64,000 nt of DNA from Puia sp. (lineage in GTDB: Bacteria; Bacteroidota; Bacteroidia; Chitinophagales; Chitinophagaceae): assembly GCA_035555335.1 (NCBI GenBank), contig DATMGS010000019.1:77500-141499 (forward strand). The letters are read 5' to 3'. The position numbers and the translations under genes are program-made. Shown piece after piece: positions 1-8,385 of the stretch. The first letter of the stretch is position 1. The number at the start of each line of letters is the position of its first letter. Under the pieces are notes generated by a model that was given only the letters and a program-made list of their open reading frames with translations, did no database searches and was not told where the DNA came from.

Positions 1-2290
1 CTCTGTCTCCGTTGATGGGGTTGTTTCGGCCACCACAACGGATCAGTTAGGTATTTTCCTGTTAAAACGACTTTCACCGGGTATTCATACGGTCATTTGC
101 AGCAGTATTGGCTTTGCAACGACTTCCACGACAGCGGAAGTGAAGACCGGGCAGACAACGGTGATGCATATTGAAATGCCTTTTACGGGTACGACCCTGC
201 GGGAAGTGGTGGTGAATGGGGTAAGAACGATCAGCGGGATGGGCAGACTGGACGAGATACATGAGGGCGCTGTCTACTCCGGAAAGAAAACGGAGGTCTT
301 AATTTTAGACAGCCTGAATGCCAATACAGCCCTCAACAACCCCCGGCAGGTATTGGGGCGGGTTCCCGGGGCTAATTATTCCGAGACCCAGGGCAGCGGT
401 TTTCCCTCCAACGGGATCGGCTTCAGAGGCCTGACGCCGACCCAATCCATCGAGACCAATACCCGGCAGAACGGGTACAATTTAGCGGCGGATGTCTATG
501 GATATTCAGAAGCCTATTATCAGCCGCCCCTGGAAGCCGTCCAAAGGATCGAAGTGACGCGGGGCGAATCGTCCCTGCAATTCGGACCCCAGTTCGGCGG
601 GGTGATCAATTATATCATCCGCGATGGCGCCCGGGATAAGCCGGTAGAATATACCATGGAGCAGACGGGTGGCAGCTATGGACTGGTCAATTCTTTCCAT
701 TCATTAGGCGGCCAGGTGGGTAAGCTCAATTACTACAGTTTTCTTCAATACCAGGGCATGCAAGGGTGGAGGCCCAATTCCGATTACCGGCAGTTAAGCG
801 CTTTCGGCAAGCTGTCTTTCCAGGCAAGCTCAAAGCTAAAACTGGGATTGGAATACACCCTGTTCCGCAACAGGATACATATGCCGGGCGGCTTCAACGA
901 CGCACAGTTTGCCAAAAACAGCGATACCTCTTACCGGGCCCGGAACTGGCTGGAGAGCCCCTGGAATATTGTCGCCGCCAAAGCTGAATATGTGTTCTCC
1001 CCGAACACTTCCTTAAATATCACTTCCTCTTATTTATTTAGCGCCCGGAACCTGGTATGGAAGAATGAGGACGGGGGGCCGGGAACACCGGACAGCATCA
1101 GCCCGGTAACGCTGCAGTATGTGAACAGGGAGGTACAACGGGAAAAGATGAATAGTCTGACCACCGAGGCGCGCTTGCTGAGCAATTATACGGTTGCGGG
1201 GATGAACAATACCCTGGCAGCCGGTATCCGCGTGTTCTACGGCAAATTCAAAAGACAGGGCGGGGGACTCGGCACTACCGGCAGCGATTTTAACCTGAGC
1301 CTGCTGGATCCGCATTATCAATACGACCTGGATTTTACCACTACCAATGTAGCTCCTTTTGTGGAAAATATTTTCCGGATCAACAACCAGCTTTCTGTTA
1401 CACCGGGGGTACGCTATGAATACATTAACTCGACGGCAAAAGGATATATCACCGACGGGAATGAGGAAGTAAGGACAGACAGCTCCAAAAAAAGGTATAT
1501 CCCTTTGTTTGGGATCGGAGCTCAATATAAGACCACGCATACGACTAATATCTATGCAAATATCTCACAGGCATATAAACCGGTCACTTATGACCAGATA
1601 ACTCCCTATGCCGTCGCCTCCCGGATCGACCCGAATATGAAGGATGCCAAAGGTTATAATGCCGACCTGGGCTGGAGAGGCTCATTTGGAAAGGTTCTCA
1701 ATTTTGACGTAAATGTCTTTTACCTGGCCTATGACCACCGGATCGGGCTTATCCAGTTGACGGATGCCAATGGTAACCCCTACACTTACAGGACCAATGT
1801 GGCTAACAGCGTACACAAAGGGGTAGAAACCTATATTGAGTTCAGCCCGACGAAAATAGCGAAGACTCCTGCAGCGTTGGGAAACATCAGCCTTTTTAAT
1901 TCTTTTTCTTATATCAATGCAAAATATACCACAGGGCCTTATAAAGGCAATTTCGTGGAGTATGCTCCTCAGACGATCGACCGTTTGGGGGTCACGTATT
2001 CCCGTTCATTTTTTTCTACTACTTTCCTGATCAGCTATACCGCCAAATCTTTCGGGGACGCTGGTAATACTGTCTCCAGTGAGGATGCGATCGTAGGTGT
2101 CATTCCTTCTTATACCGTTATGGACTGGGCTATTACTTTTCCCCTGAAGGGGGGCTGGAATATCAAAGGCGGCATCAACAACCTGGGGGACCAACGGTAC
2201 TTTACCTTGCGTACGGATGAATATCCCGGCCCCGGCATCATACCTGCTATCGGAAGAAGTTTCTATCTGTCTTTCGGCGCCCGGTTCTGA
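1..2290 (+). CDS. TonB-dependent receptor (FecA-like), 5' end truncated by the window edge
   Basis: Plug motifs (IGFRGL, RIEVTRG..SLQFGPQFGGVINY), beta-barrel C-terminus ending GRSFYLSFGARF. The frame is open from base 2 (SVSVDGVVSATTTDQLGIFLLKRLSPG, carboxypeptidase-regulatory-like N-domain), so the real start lies upstream of the window. Confidence 0.92.
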   Translation, partial: SVSVDGVVSATTTDQLGIFLLKRLSPGIHTVICSSIGFATTSTTAEVKTGQTTVMHIEMPFTGTTLREVVVNGVRTISGMGRLDEIHEGAVYSGKKTEVLILDSLNANTALNNPRQVLGRVPGANYSETQGSGFPSNGIGFRGLTPTQSIETNTRQNGYNLAADVYGYSEAYYQPPLEAVQRIEVTRGESSLQFGPQFGGVINYIIRDGARDKPVEYTMEQTGGSYGLVNSFHSLGGQVGKLNYYSFLQYQGMQGWRPNSDYRQLSAFGKLSFQASSKLKLGLEYTLFRNRIHMPGGFNDAQFAKNSDTSYRARNWLESPWNIVAAKAEYVFSPNTSLNITSSYLFSARNLVWKNEDGGPGTPDSISPVTLQYVNREVQREKMNSLTTEARLLSNYTVAGMNNTLAAGIRVFYGKFKRQGGGLGTTGSDFNLSLLDPHYQYDLDFTTTNVAPFVENIFRINNQLSVTPGVRYEYINSTAKGYITDGNEEVRTDSSKKRYIPLFGIGAQYKTTHTTNIYANISQAYKPVTYDQITPYAVASRIDPNMKDAKGYNADLGWRGSFGKVLNFDVNVFYLAYDHRIGLIQLTDANGNPYTYRTNVANSVHKGVETYIEFSPTKIAKTPAALGNISLFNSFSYINAKYTTGPYKGNFVEYAPQTIDRLGVTYSRSFFSTTFLISYTAKSFGDAGNTVSSEDAIVGVIPSYTVMDWAITFPLKGGWNIKGGINNLGDQRYFTLRTDEYPGPGIIPAIGRSFYLSFGARF

Positions 2291-2388
2291 TCCGCCTTGT
2301 GATCCGCCCTTCTGACCTGCCCCTGCTTTAGCCGGCGCGGGCGCCGGGAAAGTTATTATCTTAGCGACTTACCAATAAAAGATCAGGT

Positions 2389-2757
2389 ATGCCGGAACAA
2401 GCCTTGCCGCCGCAGCAACCGCAGCCATCTATGTCGATACAGGAAGCCCAACGGCTCGTGGATACCTGGATCACCACGACAGGAGTGCGTTACTTCAGTG
2501 AGCTGACCAATATGGCCATCTTAACGGAGGAAGTCGGAGAGGTGGCCCGCCTGATGAGCCGGCTCTATGGGGATCAGTCTTTTAAAGAATCAGATAAGGG
2601 AAAGGAATTATCCGATGAGCTGGCGGATGTGTTATGGGTATTGCTCTGCATCGCCAACCAGACAGGAATCGACCTGACCCGCGCCCTGGAGAAAAATTTC
2701 GAAAAAAAGAATATCCGTGACGCGGAAAGGCACAAGGGGAATGAGAAGTTGAGGTAA
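2389..2757 (+). CDS. MazG-like nucleotide pyrophosphohydrolase (YpjD type)
   Basis: LTEEVGEVAR...ELADVLWVLLCIANQTGIDL motifs; 122 aa. Confidence 0.9.
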   Translation: MPEQALPPQQPQPSMSIQEAQRLVDTWITTTGVRYFSELTNMAILTEEVGEVARLMSRLYGDQSFKESDKGKELSDELADVLWVLLCIANQTGIDLTRALEKNFEKKNIRDAERHKGNEKLR

Positions 2758-2773
2758 AGAGTGGGAGAAGGGA

Positions 2774-3298
2774 TTAAAAATTGTCGATTTGCCCTTCCAT
2801 CAGATTCGCTTTAAAATTTTCTTTAAAAGCGACAATATCAGCTACGCGTTTGGCGCTTTGCACTGGATGGGCTTGTTTTGCCTTTAGGCAAATTACTGCA
2901 TTCAAATCTGTATTTTGGAGGTTGATTCTGTTTCTAAACAATGCAATAGAAGAATGTAATTGCTGAATGGCATCTTTGCGTGCAGTTGCTCTTTGGCCAG
3001 TGTTTACTTGTTTGATTTCAACAAAATATAATTTTCGGAAATTACCTATAGTAAAATCACATCTTGATACGTCATTTGAGCGAAGAATACAATTGTCTAA
3101 GGCAGCAAAAATCAAGCTCTCGTTCAATGGATTTCGTAATGTAAAATGAACGGGCTGTCCTTCACTGGTTTTTATATAGCTCCTTTGCTGAGTGGGAATA
3201 CAATCATAACAATCAAAAACCTCGATTAAAATGCTGTTCGTTTCAGTAATGCATTCAGTTATATCTTCACCAAAAGCATTCCTCAATGCCTGTCTCAT
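2774..3298 (-). CDS. Hypothetical protein, putative PD-(D/E)xK-type nuclease
   Basis: 174 aa; SRCDF...LYFVEIK resembles the (P)D...(D/E)xK catalytic motif; the start codon overlaps the ATPase stop (ATGA at 3295-3298); AT-rich. Confidence 0.6.
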   Translation of the reverse strand: MRQALRNAFGEDITECITETNSILIEVFDCYDCIPTQQRSYIKTSEGQPVHFTLRNPLNESLIFAALDNCILRSNDVSRCDFTIGNFRKLYFVEIKQVNTGQRATARKDAIQQLHSSIALFRNRINLQNTDLNAVICLKAKQAHPVQSAKRVADIVAFKENFKANLMEGQIDNF

Positions 3299-4350
3299 GC
3301 AGTTGCCGGTTTATACATTTTCATTAGCTCATCGAATTCCCCGGCCAAATCTTCGGATATGCTGTCCAATGCATTCTCGTCAATCAAACCGGTATTGTCA
3401 TCTACGATCGAGGTGGCTCTGCCATCTATTAAGTAGAAAGCAGAGAAATCTTCTTTGTTTATCCAGGATTTTTGAGATATCACTTTATTTACAGCAGCTA
3501 CGTTGCTATTACTCTGATTGCCTACTTTTGCTGCAAAGAGCAGATTATTGGCAGCGCTTAAAATATAGGGACTGTGAGTAGGAAGTATGACATAGGCGCG
3601 GTCTAATCGAGGGTGCTTCATTCGCTCAATGATATAGTAAAGTAGTTTTTTCTGTAAGAGGGGAAAGCCGTGCAATTCCAATTCTTCAATCACAAATAAT
3701 GATGTTGGTTTCACTGGATACTGAAGAATGACTAATAATGGGAGATTGGCTTGTATAGCACTTGATGCTTCTTCGAGCAATAGGGATTTATTGTCTCTGA
3801 GTATTACAACATTTTTGCCTTCTCTATATTCAAATTCGACTTGTAAAATTGGCAGGTTGAATAGCTTTTGGTTTTTTCTTGCGATAGTGAAGTCTTTCCC
3901 GAATTGCAAAAAATAAGCAGGCAATGTACTTTGAGCAAGCACAACTTCAAATAGCGATTCAGTAATCATTGGCAACGCTATTCTTTCCGCAGGGAAGTAA
4001 TAGGCTTCGGTTTGGCTACTAGTCTTCTCCAAACTTTCTTTATGGTTGATTTTTATTTCTTCCCCCCTTAGTTCGAAGGAGAATAGCTCATCTTCGAAGA
4101 ACCAATATGAGTCTCTTTGAAGAAAATTTTCAATTCGATAATAGATCAAGAATTGCTTCAGTATTTCCGTATTTCTTTTTTTGTCAGCTACAGATGAAAT
4201 GTTGTAGTCAAATGCGTGAATGACGGCCAGGACCTTAGATATTGTGCTTTTACCAGAAGCATGGGGGCCAATTAAAATATTAAACTTACTTATTTCGATA
4301 TTAAGGTCATTTACAGGACCGAAATTCTGTATTTGCAATTTTGCTTTCAT
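3295..4350 (-). CDS. ABC-type ATPase (AAA_15/AAA_21-like)
   Basis: Start reassigned to the ATG at 4350 (MKAKLQIQNFGP). Walker A GPHASGKS, signature-like EEASSAIQ, Walker B LFVIEELE, H-loop PTHSPY. Confidence 0.88.
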   Translation of the reverse strand: MKAKLQIQNFGPVNDLNIEISKFNILIGPHASGKSTISKVLAVIHAFDYNISSVADKKRNTEILKQFLIYYRIENFLQRDSYWFFEDELFSFELRGEEIKINHKESLEKTSSQTEAYYFPAERIALPMITESLFEVVLAQSTLPAYFLQFGKDFTIARKNQKLFNLPILQVEFEYREGKNVVILRDNKSLLLEEASSAIQANLPLLVILQYPVKPTSLFVIEELELHGFPLLQKKLLYYIIERMKHPRLDRAYVILPTHSPYILSAANNLLFAAKVGNQSNSNVAAVNKVISQKSWINKEDFSAFYLIDGRATSIVDDNTGLIDENALDSISEDLAGEFDELMKMYKPATA

Positions 4351-4355
4351 TGCGC

Positions 4356-4363
4356 CAAATTTA
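4356..4363 (-). promoter_or_regulatory. Bacteroidota primary-sigma -7 promoter element for the ATPase-nuclease pair
   Basis: TAAATTTG on the minus strand (consensus TAnnTTTG), 5 nt before the ATG. Confidence 0.65.
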
Positions 4364-4415
4364 AGCAATTTATTTTTCTTCTTAAGCGTAACTATGGATG
4401 GTAGCCCCTCAGCCC

Positions 4416-5621
4416 TCACCCCGCCGTAAAATCGATTTTGCAGAGAGCAGCGGCGGCATTCAGACGCCCCGCATGCAGATGATCGGTAAGCTGCAGAAGC
4501 CTGGGACGGTATAACGCATAGTCGGCGCCATAAGCATCTCTCATGTTTTCCGCTTCGATATGGGAGATCCTCCCGTCGAAAGCCGCGGCAATAGTGAAGA
4601 GATTGAGCAGGAACCATCGCTCTTTTGCAGAAGCCGTACGCAGGGCTTCCAGAAACAGGTCCCAGTCATCATAATGATGATCCTTATGGAGGTGCAGCAG
4701 ATGCTGAAAACGGAGAAGCAATACGATCATATTGGGATGATAGTTCCGGGCCAGCACCACCGCATTGCCGATAGCCCGCATACAGCCGATCTTTGCAGAC
4801 TCCGAAAGCCGGTGAAGAGTACCTTCCTCCAGGATATGATCCGCCACATGATTGCAGAGAGCAAAACCAAACAGACGCAGACGGGCTTCTTTCACCACCC
4901 GCCGGATCACCAGCGCATTCCAGAAACATTCTACGGGAAGGGCGATATAGTTGATGGAAACGCCGGCAATGGTAGGACCCACCGTATGGAGGAGCAGCCA
5001 TTTGGCTACCAGGTTGGTGAGTATGATCTTACATTTATACAGCAGCCCCAGCAATAACAGATTTTTTTTGGATACCCTTTTGAAGGGATCGATACCCAGT
5101 ATGTGCAGTTCGGGATCCTGGATTTCCAGGGCCGCCCGGGAAAGGATATTGGTGATGCTGAAAGGACCGCTCTGCAAAAAATATTTTGGATCCGGCGCCT
5201 CGCCCCCAACCCCGCCCGGCCGGTCGCCCTTTCCCGCAATATCACCGCGGGGAGCCGCATGCGAACGCATGTTGATCAATTCGCTCACTTCATGGACAGC
5301 CCTGAGGGCAATGACGAACAGCAGGTAGAATTCAAGAAGGATGGAAGCCAGCGTCACGGCCCCAACCCAGGAATATTGAATATACCAGGGATCGTTCTGC
5401 CGCAGCACCCCGATCCAGACCGTCGGCCAGACACATACCAACCCGACAAACGCCGAAAAGAAGATCCCCTTTCCCGAAATGCGATTGACCCTGCTCGTCA
5501 GTTCCGCATCCGAAAAATCAAAAACATGGTGAAAGAGGTCTTTTTTCCGGAAAAGATCCAGGTAATAAACCCCAAACCTTTCCAGCAGGGGCGTTTTTCG
5601 CTCTTTAAATTCTATAGACAT
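4416..5621 (-). CDS. Hypothetical membrane protein (resembles the LBF_2804 family; TerB-like C-terminal segment)
   Basis: 401 aa with several hydrophobic helices; C-terminal AAAFDGRISHIE motif; family name from memory only. Confidence 0.55.
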   Translation of the reverse strand: MSIEFKERKTPLLERFGVYYLDLFRKKDLFHHVFDFSDAELTSRVNRISGKGIFFSAFVGLVCVWPTVWIGVLRQNDPWYIQYSWVGAVTLASILLEFYLLFVIALRAVHEVSELINMRSHAAPRGDIAGKGDRPGGVGGEAPDPKYFLQSGPFSITNILSRAALEIQDPELHILGIDPFKRVSKKNLLLLGLLYKCKIILTNLVAKWLLLHTVGPTIAGVSINYIALPVECFWNALVIRRVVKEARLRLFGFALCNHVADHILEEGTLHRLSESAKIGCMRAIGNAVVLARNYHPNMIVLLLRFQHLLHLHKDHHYDDWDLFLEALRTASAKERWFLLNLFTIAAAFDGRISHIEAENMRDAYGADYALYRPRLLQLTDHLHAGRLNAAAALCKIDFTAG

Positions 5622-5664
5622 AACAGGACAAATGTAAGGGTGGGTTCCGAACGGGAGAAAACTT

Positions 5665-5672
5665 TATCTTTG
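5665..5672 (+). promoter_or_regulatory. -7 promoter element of glyQS
   Basis: TATCTTTG, 6 nt before the ATG at 5679. Confidence 0.65.
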
Positions 5673-5678
5673 CAGGCT

Positions 5679-7118
5679 ATGGCAAACGAAACCGGCAGAT
5701 TCCAGGCGATCATTTCGCATTGTAAAGAATATGGGTTTATTTTCCCCTCCAGCGAGATCTATGATGGATTGAGCGCTGTATATGACTACGGTCAGTATGG
5801 CAGTGAACTGAAGAAAAATATTAAGGACCACTGGTGGAAGAGCATGACGCAATTGCACGAGAATATCGTAGGGATCGATGCCGCCATTTTTATGCACCCT
5901 ACTACCTGGAAAGCCAGCGGCCATGTCGACGGGTTCAGCGATCCGATGATCGATAACAAGGACAGTAAGAAAAGATATCGCGTCGACCACCTGATCGAGG
6001 CGCGCATAGAGGAATTGACGAAAGAAGGCAAACAGGAAGAGGCGGACGTCCTCCAGGTAGAAATGGACCGCCTGCTGGCCGCCAGCGATTTCAGCGGCCT
6101 GAAGAGGCTCATAGAAGACCGGAAAATAAAATGCGCCGTCAGCGGCAGTTCCAACTGGACGGATGTACGGGAGTTCAACCTCATGTTCTCCACCCAATTG
6201 GGCAGCGTCACCGAAGAAGCCAGCGAGATCTACCTGCGCCCCGAGACGGCCCAGGGTATCTTCGTCAACTTTCTCAACGTTCAAAAGACCGGCCGTATGA
6301 AGATCCCTTTCGGGATTGCCCAGATCGGTAAGGCCTTCCGCAATGAGATCGTAGCCCGGCAATTCATCTTCCGGATGCGGGAATTCGAACAGATGGAAAT
6401 GCAGTTCTTCATCCGCCCCGGCACGGAAAAACAATGGTACGAATACTGGAAAGAGACCCGGCTGAAATGGCACGCGGAGCTGGGAATACCCAAGTCCAAA
6501 AGCCGTTTTCACGACCATGTCAAGCTGGCGCATTATGCCGACGCCGCCTGCGATATCGAATATGATTTCCCATTCGGTTTCAAGGAAGTAGAAGGCATCC
6601 ATTCCCGGACCGACTTCGACCTCAAAAACCACCAGGAATACAGCAAAAAAAAGCTCCAGTATTTCGACCCCGAGATCAACCAGAATTATATCCCCTATGT
6701 GATCGAAACCTCTATCGGGCTGGACAGGACCGTACTCATGATCCTGAGCGAAGCTTATTGGGAAGAAGACCTCAGCACGCCGGAAAAAACGGATAGCAGG
6801 GTGGTACTGAAATTCCCCCCCCGGCTGGCCCCCATCAAACTGGCTATTTTACCCCTTACCAAAAAAGACGGATTACCGGAGATCGCCCGCGAACTGATGG
6901 AGACCTGCAAACCCCAATTCAGATGTTTTTATGAGGAAAAAGACGCTATCGGCAAACGCTATCGTCGCATGGACGCTATCGGCACCCCTTTCTGCGTAAC
7001 GATCGACCATCAGACCAAAGAAGACCAGACCGTAACGATCCGCCACCGGGACAGCATGCAGCAGGAACGGGTAGCAATCAGCGCAATCCCGGACATCGTC
7101 AGTAAGGCAATTTTTTAA
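5679..7118 (+). CDS. glyQS: Glycine--tRNA ligase (homodimeric, eukaryote/archaea type)
   Basis: YDYGQYG, WKASGH, LRPETAQGIF, GKAFRNEI, FRMREFEQME motifs and a C-terminal anticodon-binding domain; start reassigned to 5679 (MANETGRF). Confidence 0.97.
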   Translation: MANETGRFQAIISHCKEYGFIFPSSEIYDGLSAVYDYGQYGSELKKNIKDHWWKSMTQLHENIVGIDAAIFMHPTTWKASGHVDGFSDPMIDNKDSKKRYRVDHLIEARIEELTKEGKQEEADVLQVEMDRLLAASDFSGLKRLIEDRKIKCAVSGSSNWTDVREFNLMFSTQLGSVTEEASEIYLRPETAQGIFVNFLNVQKTGRMKIPFGIAQIGKAFRNEIVARQFIFRMREFEQMEMQFFIRPGTEKQWYEYWKETRLKWHAELGIPKSKSRFHDHVKLAHYADAACDIEYDFPFGFKEVEGIHSRTDFDLKNHQEYSKKKLQYFDPEINQNYIPYVIETSIGLDRTVLMILSEAYWEEDLSTPEKTDSRVVLKFPPRLAPIKLAILPLTKKDGLPEIARELMETCKPQFRCFYEEKDAIGKRYRRMDAIGTPFCVTIDHQTKEDQTVTIRHRDSMQQERVAISAIPDIVSKAIF

Positions 7119-7163
7119 ATCGATTCTTTAGGTATTTATCCAAAGTTTATATTATTTTAGCAC

Positions 7164-7171
7164 TATATTTG
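7164..7171 (+). promoter_or_regulatory. -7 promoter element upstream of the 92-aa ORF
   Basis: TATATTTG followed by a leader of about 105 nt that contains a GGATAAGGG/CCCTTATCC hairpin. Confidence 0.5.
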
Positions 7172-7279
7172 ATTCGGATAAGGGATGTGACCCCTTATCC
7201 TATCCCCTGAAGAGCCCGTCGCTACCCCCTTTTAATAGCCTGTCAGACCTCGTTTCTGAACCTTAAATTATTTTTTAAG

Positions 7280-7558
7280 ATGGTTACATTTGATTTAATT
7301 ATCAATCCTGTCATTTTATTAGCGGCATTGATCGGGGGAGTTATCATAGGATATGCGGCAAACAGAAGAAAACTGGCAAAAAGACACGCAAGGATCACTG
7401 AACTGGAAAGCGAAATGATGAGCAGCCACGCCGAAGTCCTGGAAATGCAAAAAGCCTATGTCCAGCTGGAAAGAAAGTTAGGTGAGCAGTCCAGCCCGGT
7501 TATCTCTATGAAAATCAACGGAAAAGAGACTTCTCCCAAAGAAAAGGTATCCAAATAA
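7280..7558 (+). CDS. Small membrane-anchored coiled-coil protein
   Basis: N-terminal hydrophobic helix followed by a charged heptad-like region; A/T-rich start context. Confidence 0.7.
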   Translation: MVTFDLIINPVILLAALIGGVIIGYAANRRKLAKRHARITELESEMMSSHAEVLEMQKAYVQLERKLGEQSSPVISMKINGKETSPKEKVSK

Positions 7559-7596
7559 GAGCCTGGCAGACGCAGGCTACCCATGGCTGGCACTCA

Positions 7597-8373
7597 TTAC
7601 CCATATAATTCCTGGTGAATGGATTTTCGGTCATAGCCCAGCAGCTGAATCCGCTGCTTGGCTTCATCGATCATATTTTTCCACCCGCATAAGAAAAATG
7701 ACGCCGGCGGCAGCTCCCCGGACCCAGCCGCCAGCTGTCGGTCGCGGCAGATCTCCTCATACACGGTATGTACATACCCGGTACGTATATGCTGTATACC
7801 TGGTATACCTGGAGGAGTATCCACCGGCGCCTCCCGGGAGAAAGTGGGGATATAATGAAAAGCAGGCATCCGCTCCGCCAGCTCCCTTAATTCCTTTTCA
7901 TACAGGGCGTCCCCGAAATGACGGCACCCGAAGATCAGGTAGATCTCCTTATAGGGAATATGATGATTAAACAGATGATGCGTCATGGAACGAAAAGGCG
8001 CAATCCCCGTGCCCGTACAGATAAAGAACAGATCTTTTTCGATAGGCTCCGGCAGGGTGAATACTCCCTGGGGACCGCGAACCGTCAATTCACTGCCTAC
8101 GGTCACTTCATTAAATAAGTAATGAGTGCCGGCTCCCCCCTCCAGCAAAACGATCACCAGCTCAAGAACATTGGTGCCATCGGGCCAGGATGAGATCGAA
8201 TAGCTTCGTACCCGTTTATTGGGTTTCTCGTGAATGGGAAGATCTAATGTTACAAACTGACCCGGCTGAAAATCGAAGGATTCCAACCCCGGCAACTGGA
8301 TCCAGAACCGGCGGGTCTGCTCCGTTGCATTCTCGATGCGTATGATCTTACCTGTTTGCCAAGGTTGAAGCAT
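7597..8373 (-). CDS. Ferredoxin--NADP reductase-like FAD/NAD(P)-binding oxidoreductase
   Basis: FQPGQF, RSYSISS, GPQG, TGTGIAPF, FLCG motifs. Confidence 0.93.
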   Translation of the reverse strand: MLQPWQTGKIIRIENATEQTRRFWIQLPGLESFDFQPGQFVTLDLPIHEKPNKRVRSYSISSWPDGTNVLELVIVLLEGGAGTHYLFNEVTVGSELTVRGPQGVFTLPEPIEKDLFFICTGTGIAPFRSMTHHLFNHHIPYKEIYLIFGCRHFGDALYEKELRELAERMPAFHYIPTFSREAPVDTPPGIPGIQHIRTGYVHTVYEEICRDRQLAAGSGELPPASFFLCGWKNMIDEAKQRIQLLGYDRKSIHQELYG

Positions 8374-8385
8374 AAGTATATCGAT

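Noticed and set aside
2389-2757. MazG-like gene as part of the neighbouring defence-like cassette
   Set aside because: It is on the opposite strand, has host-like GC content, and belongs to a common housekeeping-type family.
2758-4415. Mobile-element boundaries around the AT-rich cassette
   Set aside because: I found no integrase, transposase, terminal inverted repeats or target-site duplication by eye, so it is not called a mobile element.
4351-4617. 89-codon N-terminal extension of the ATPase
   Set aside because: It overlaps the upstream gene in another frame; the ATPase-like sequence and the AT-rich composition begin at 4350.
5103-5678. 192-codon N-terminal extension of GlyRS in the ORF track
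   Set aside because: It overlaps the antisense 401-aa gene, has no GlyRS similarity, and a TATCTTTG promoter element sits right before the ATG at 5679.
7597-8373. FNR-like reductase as the redox partner of the P450s
   Set aside because: It is more than 33 kb away with no linked ferredoxin, and nothing in the sequence connects them.
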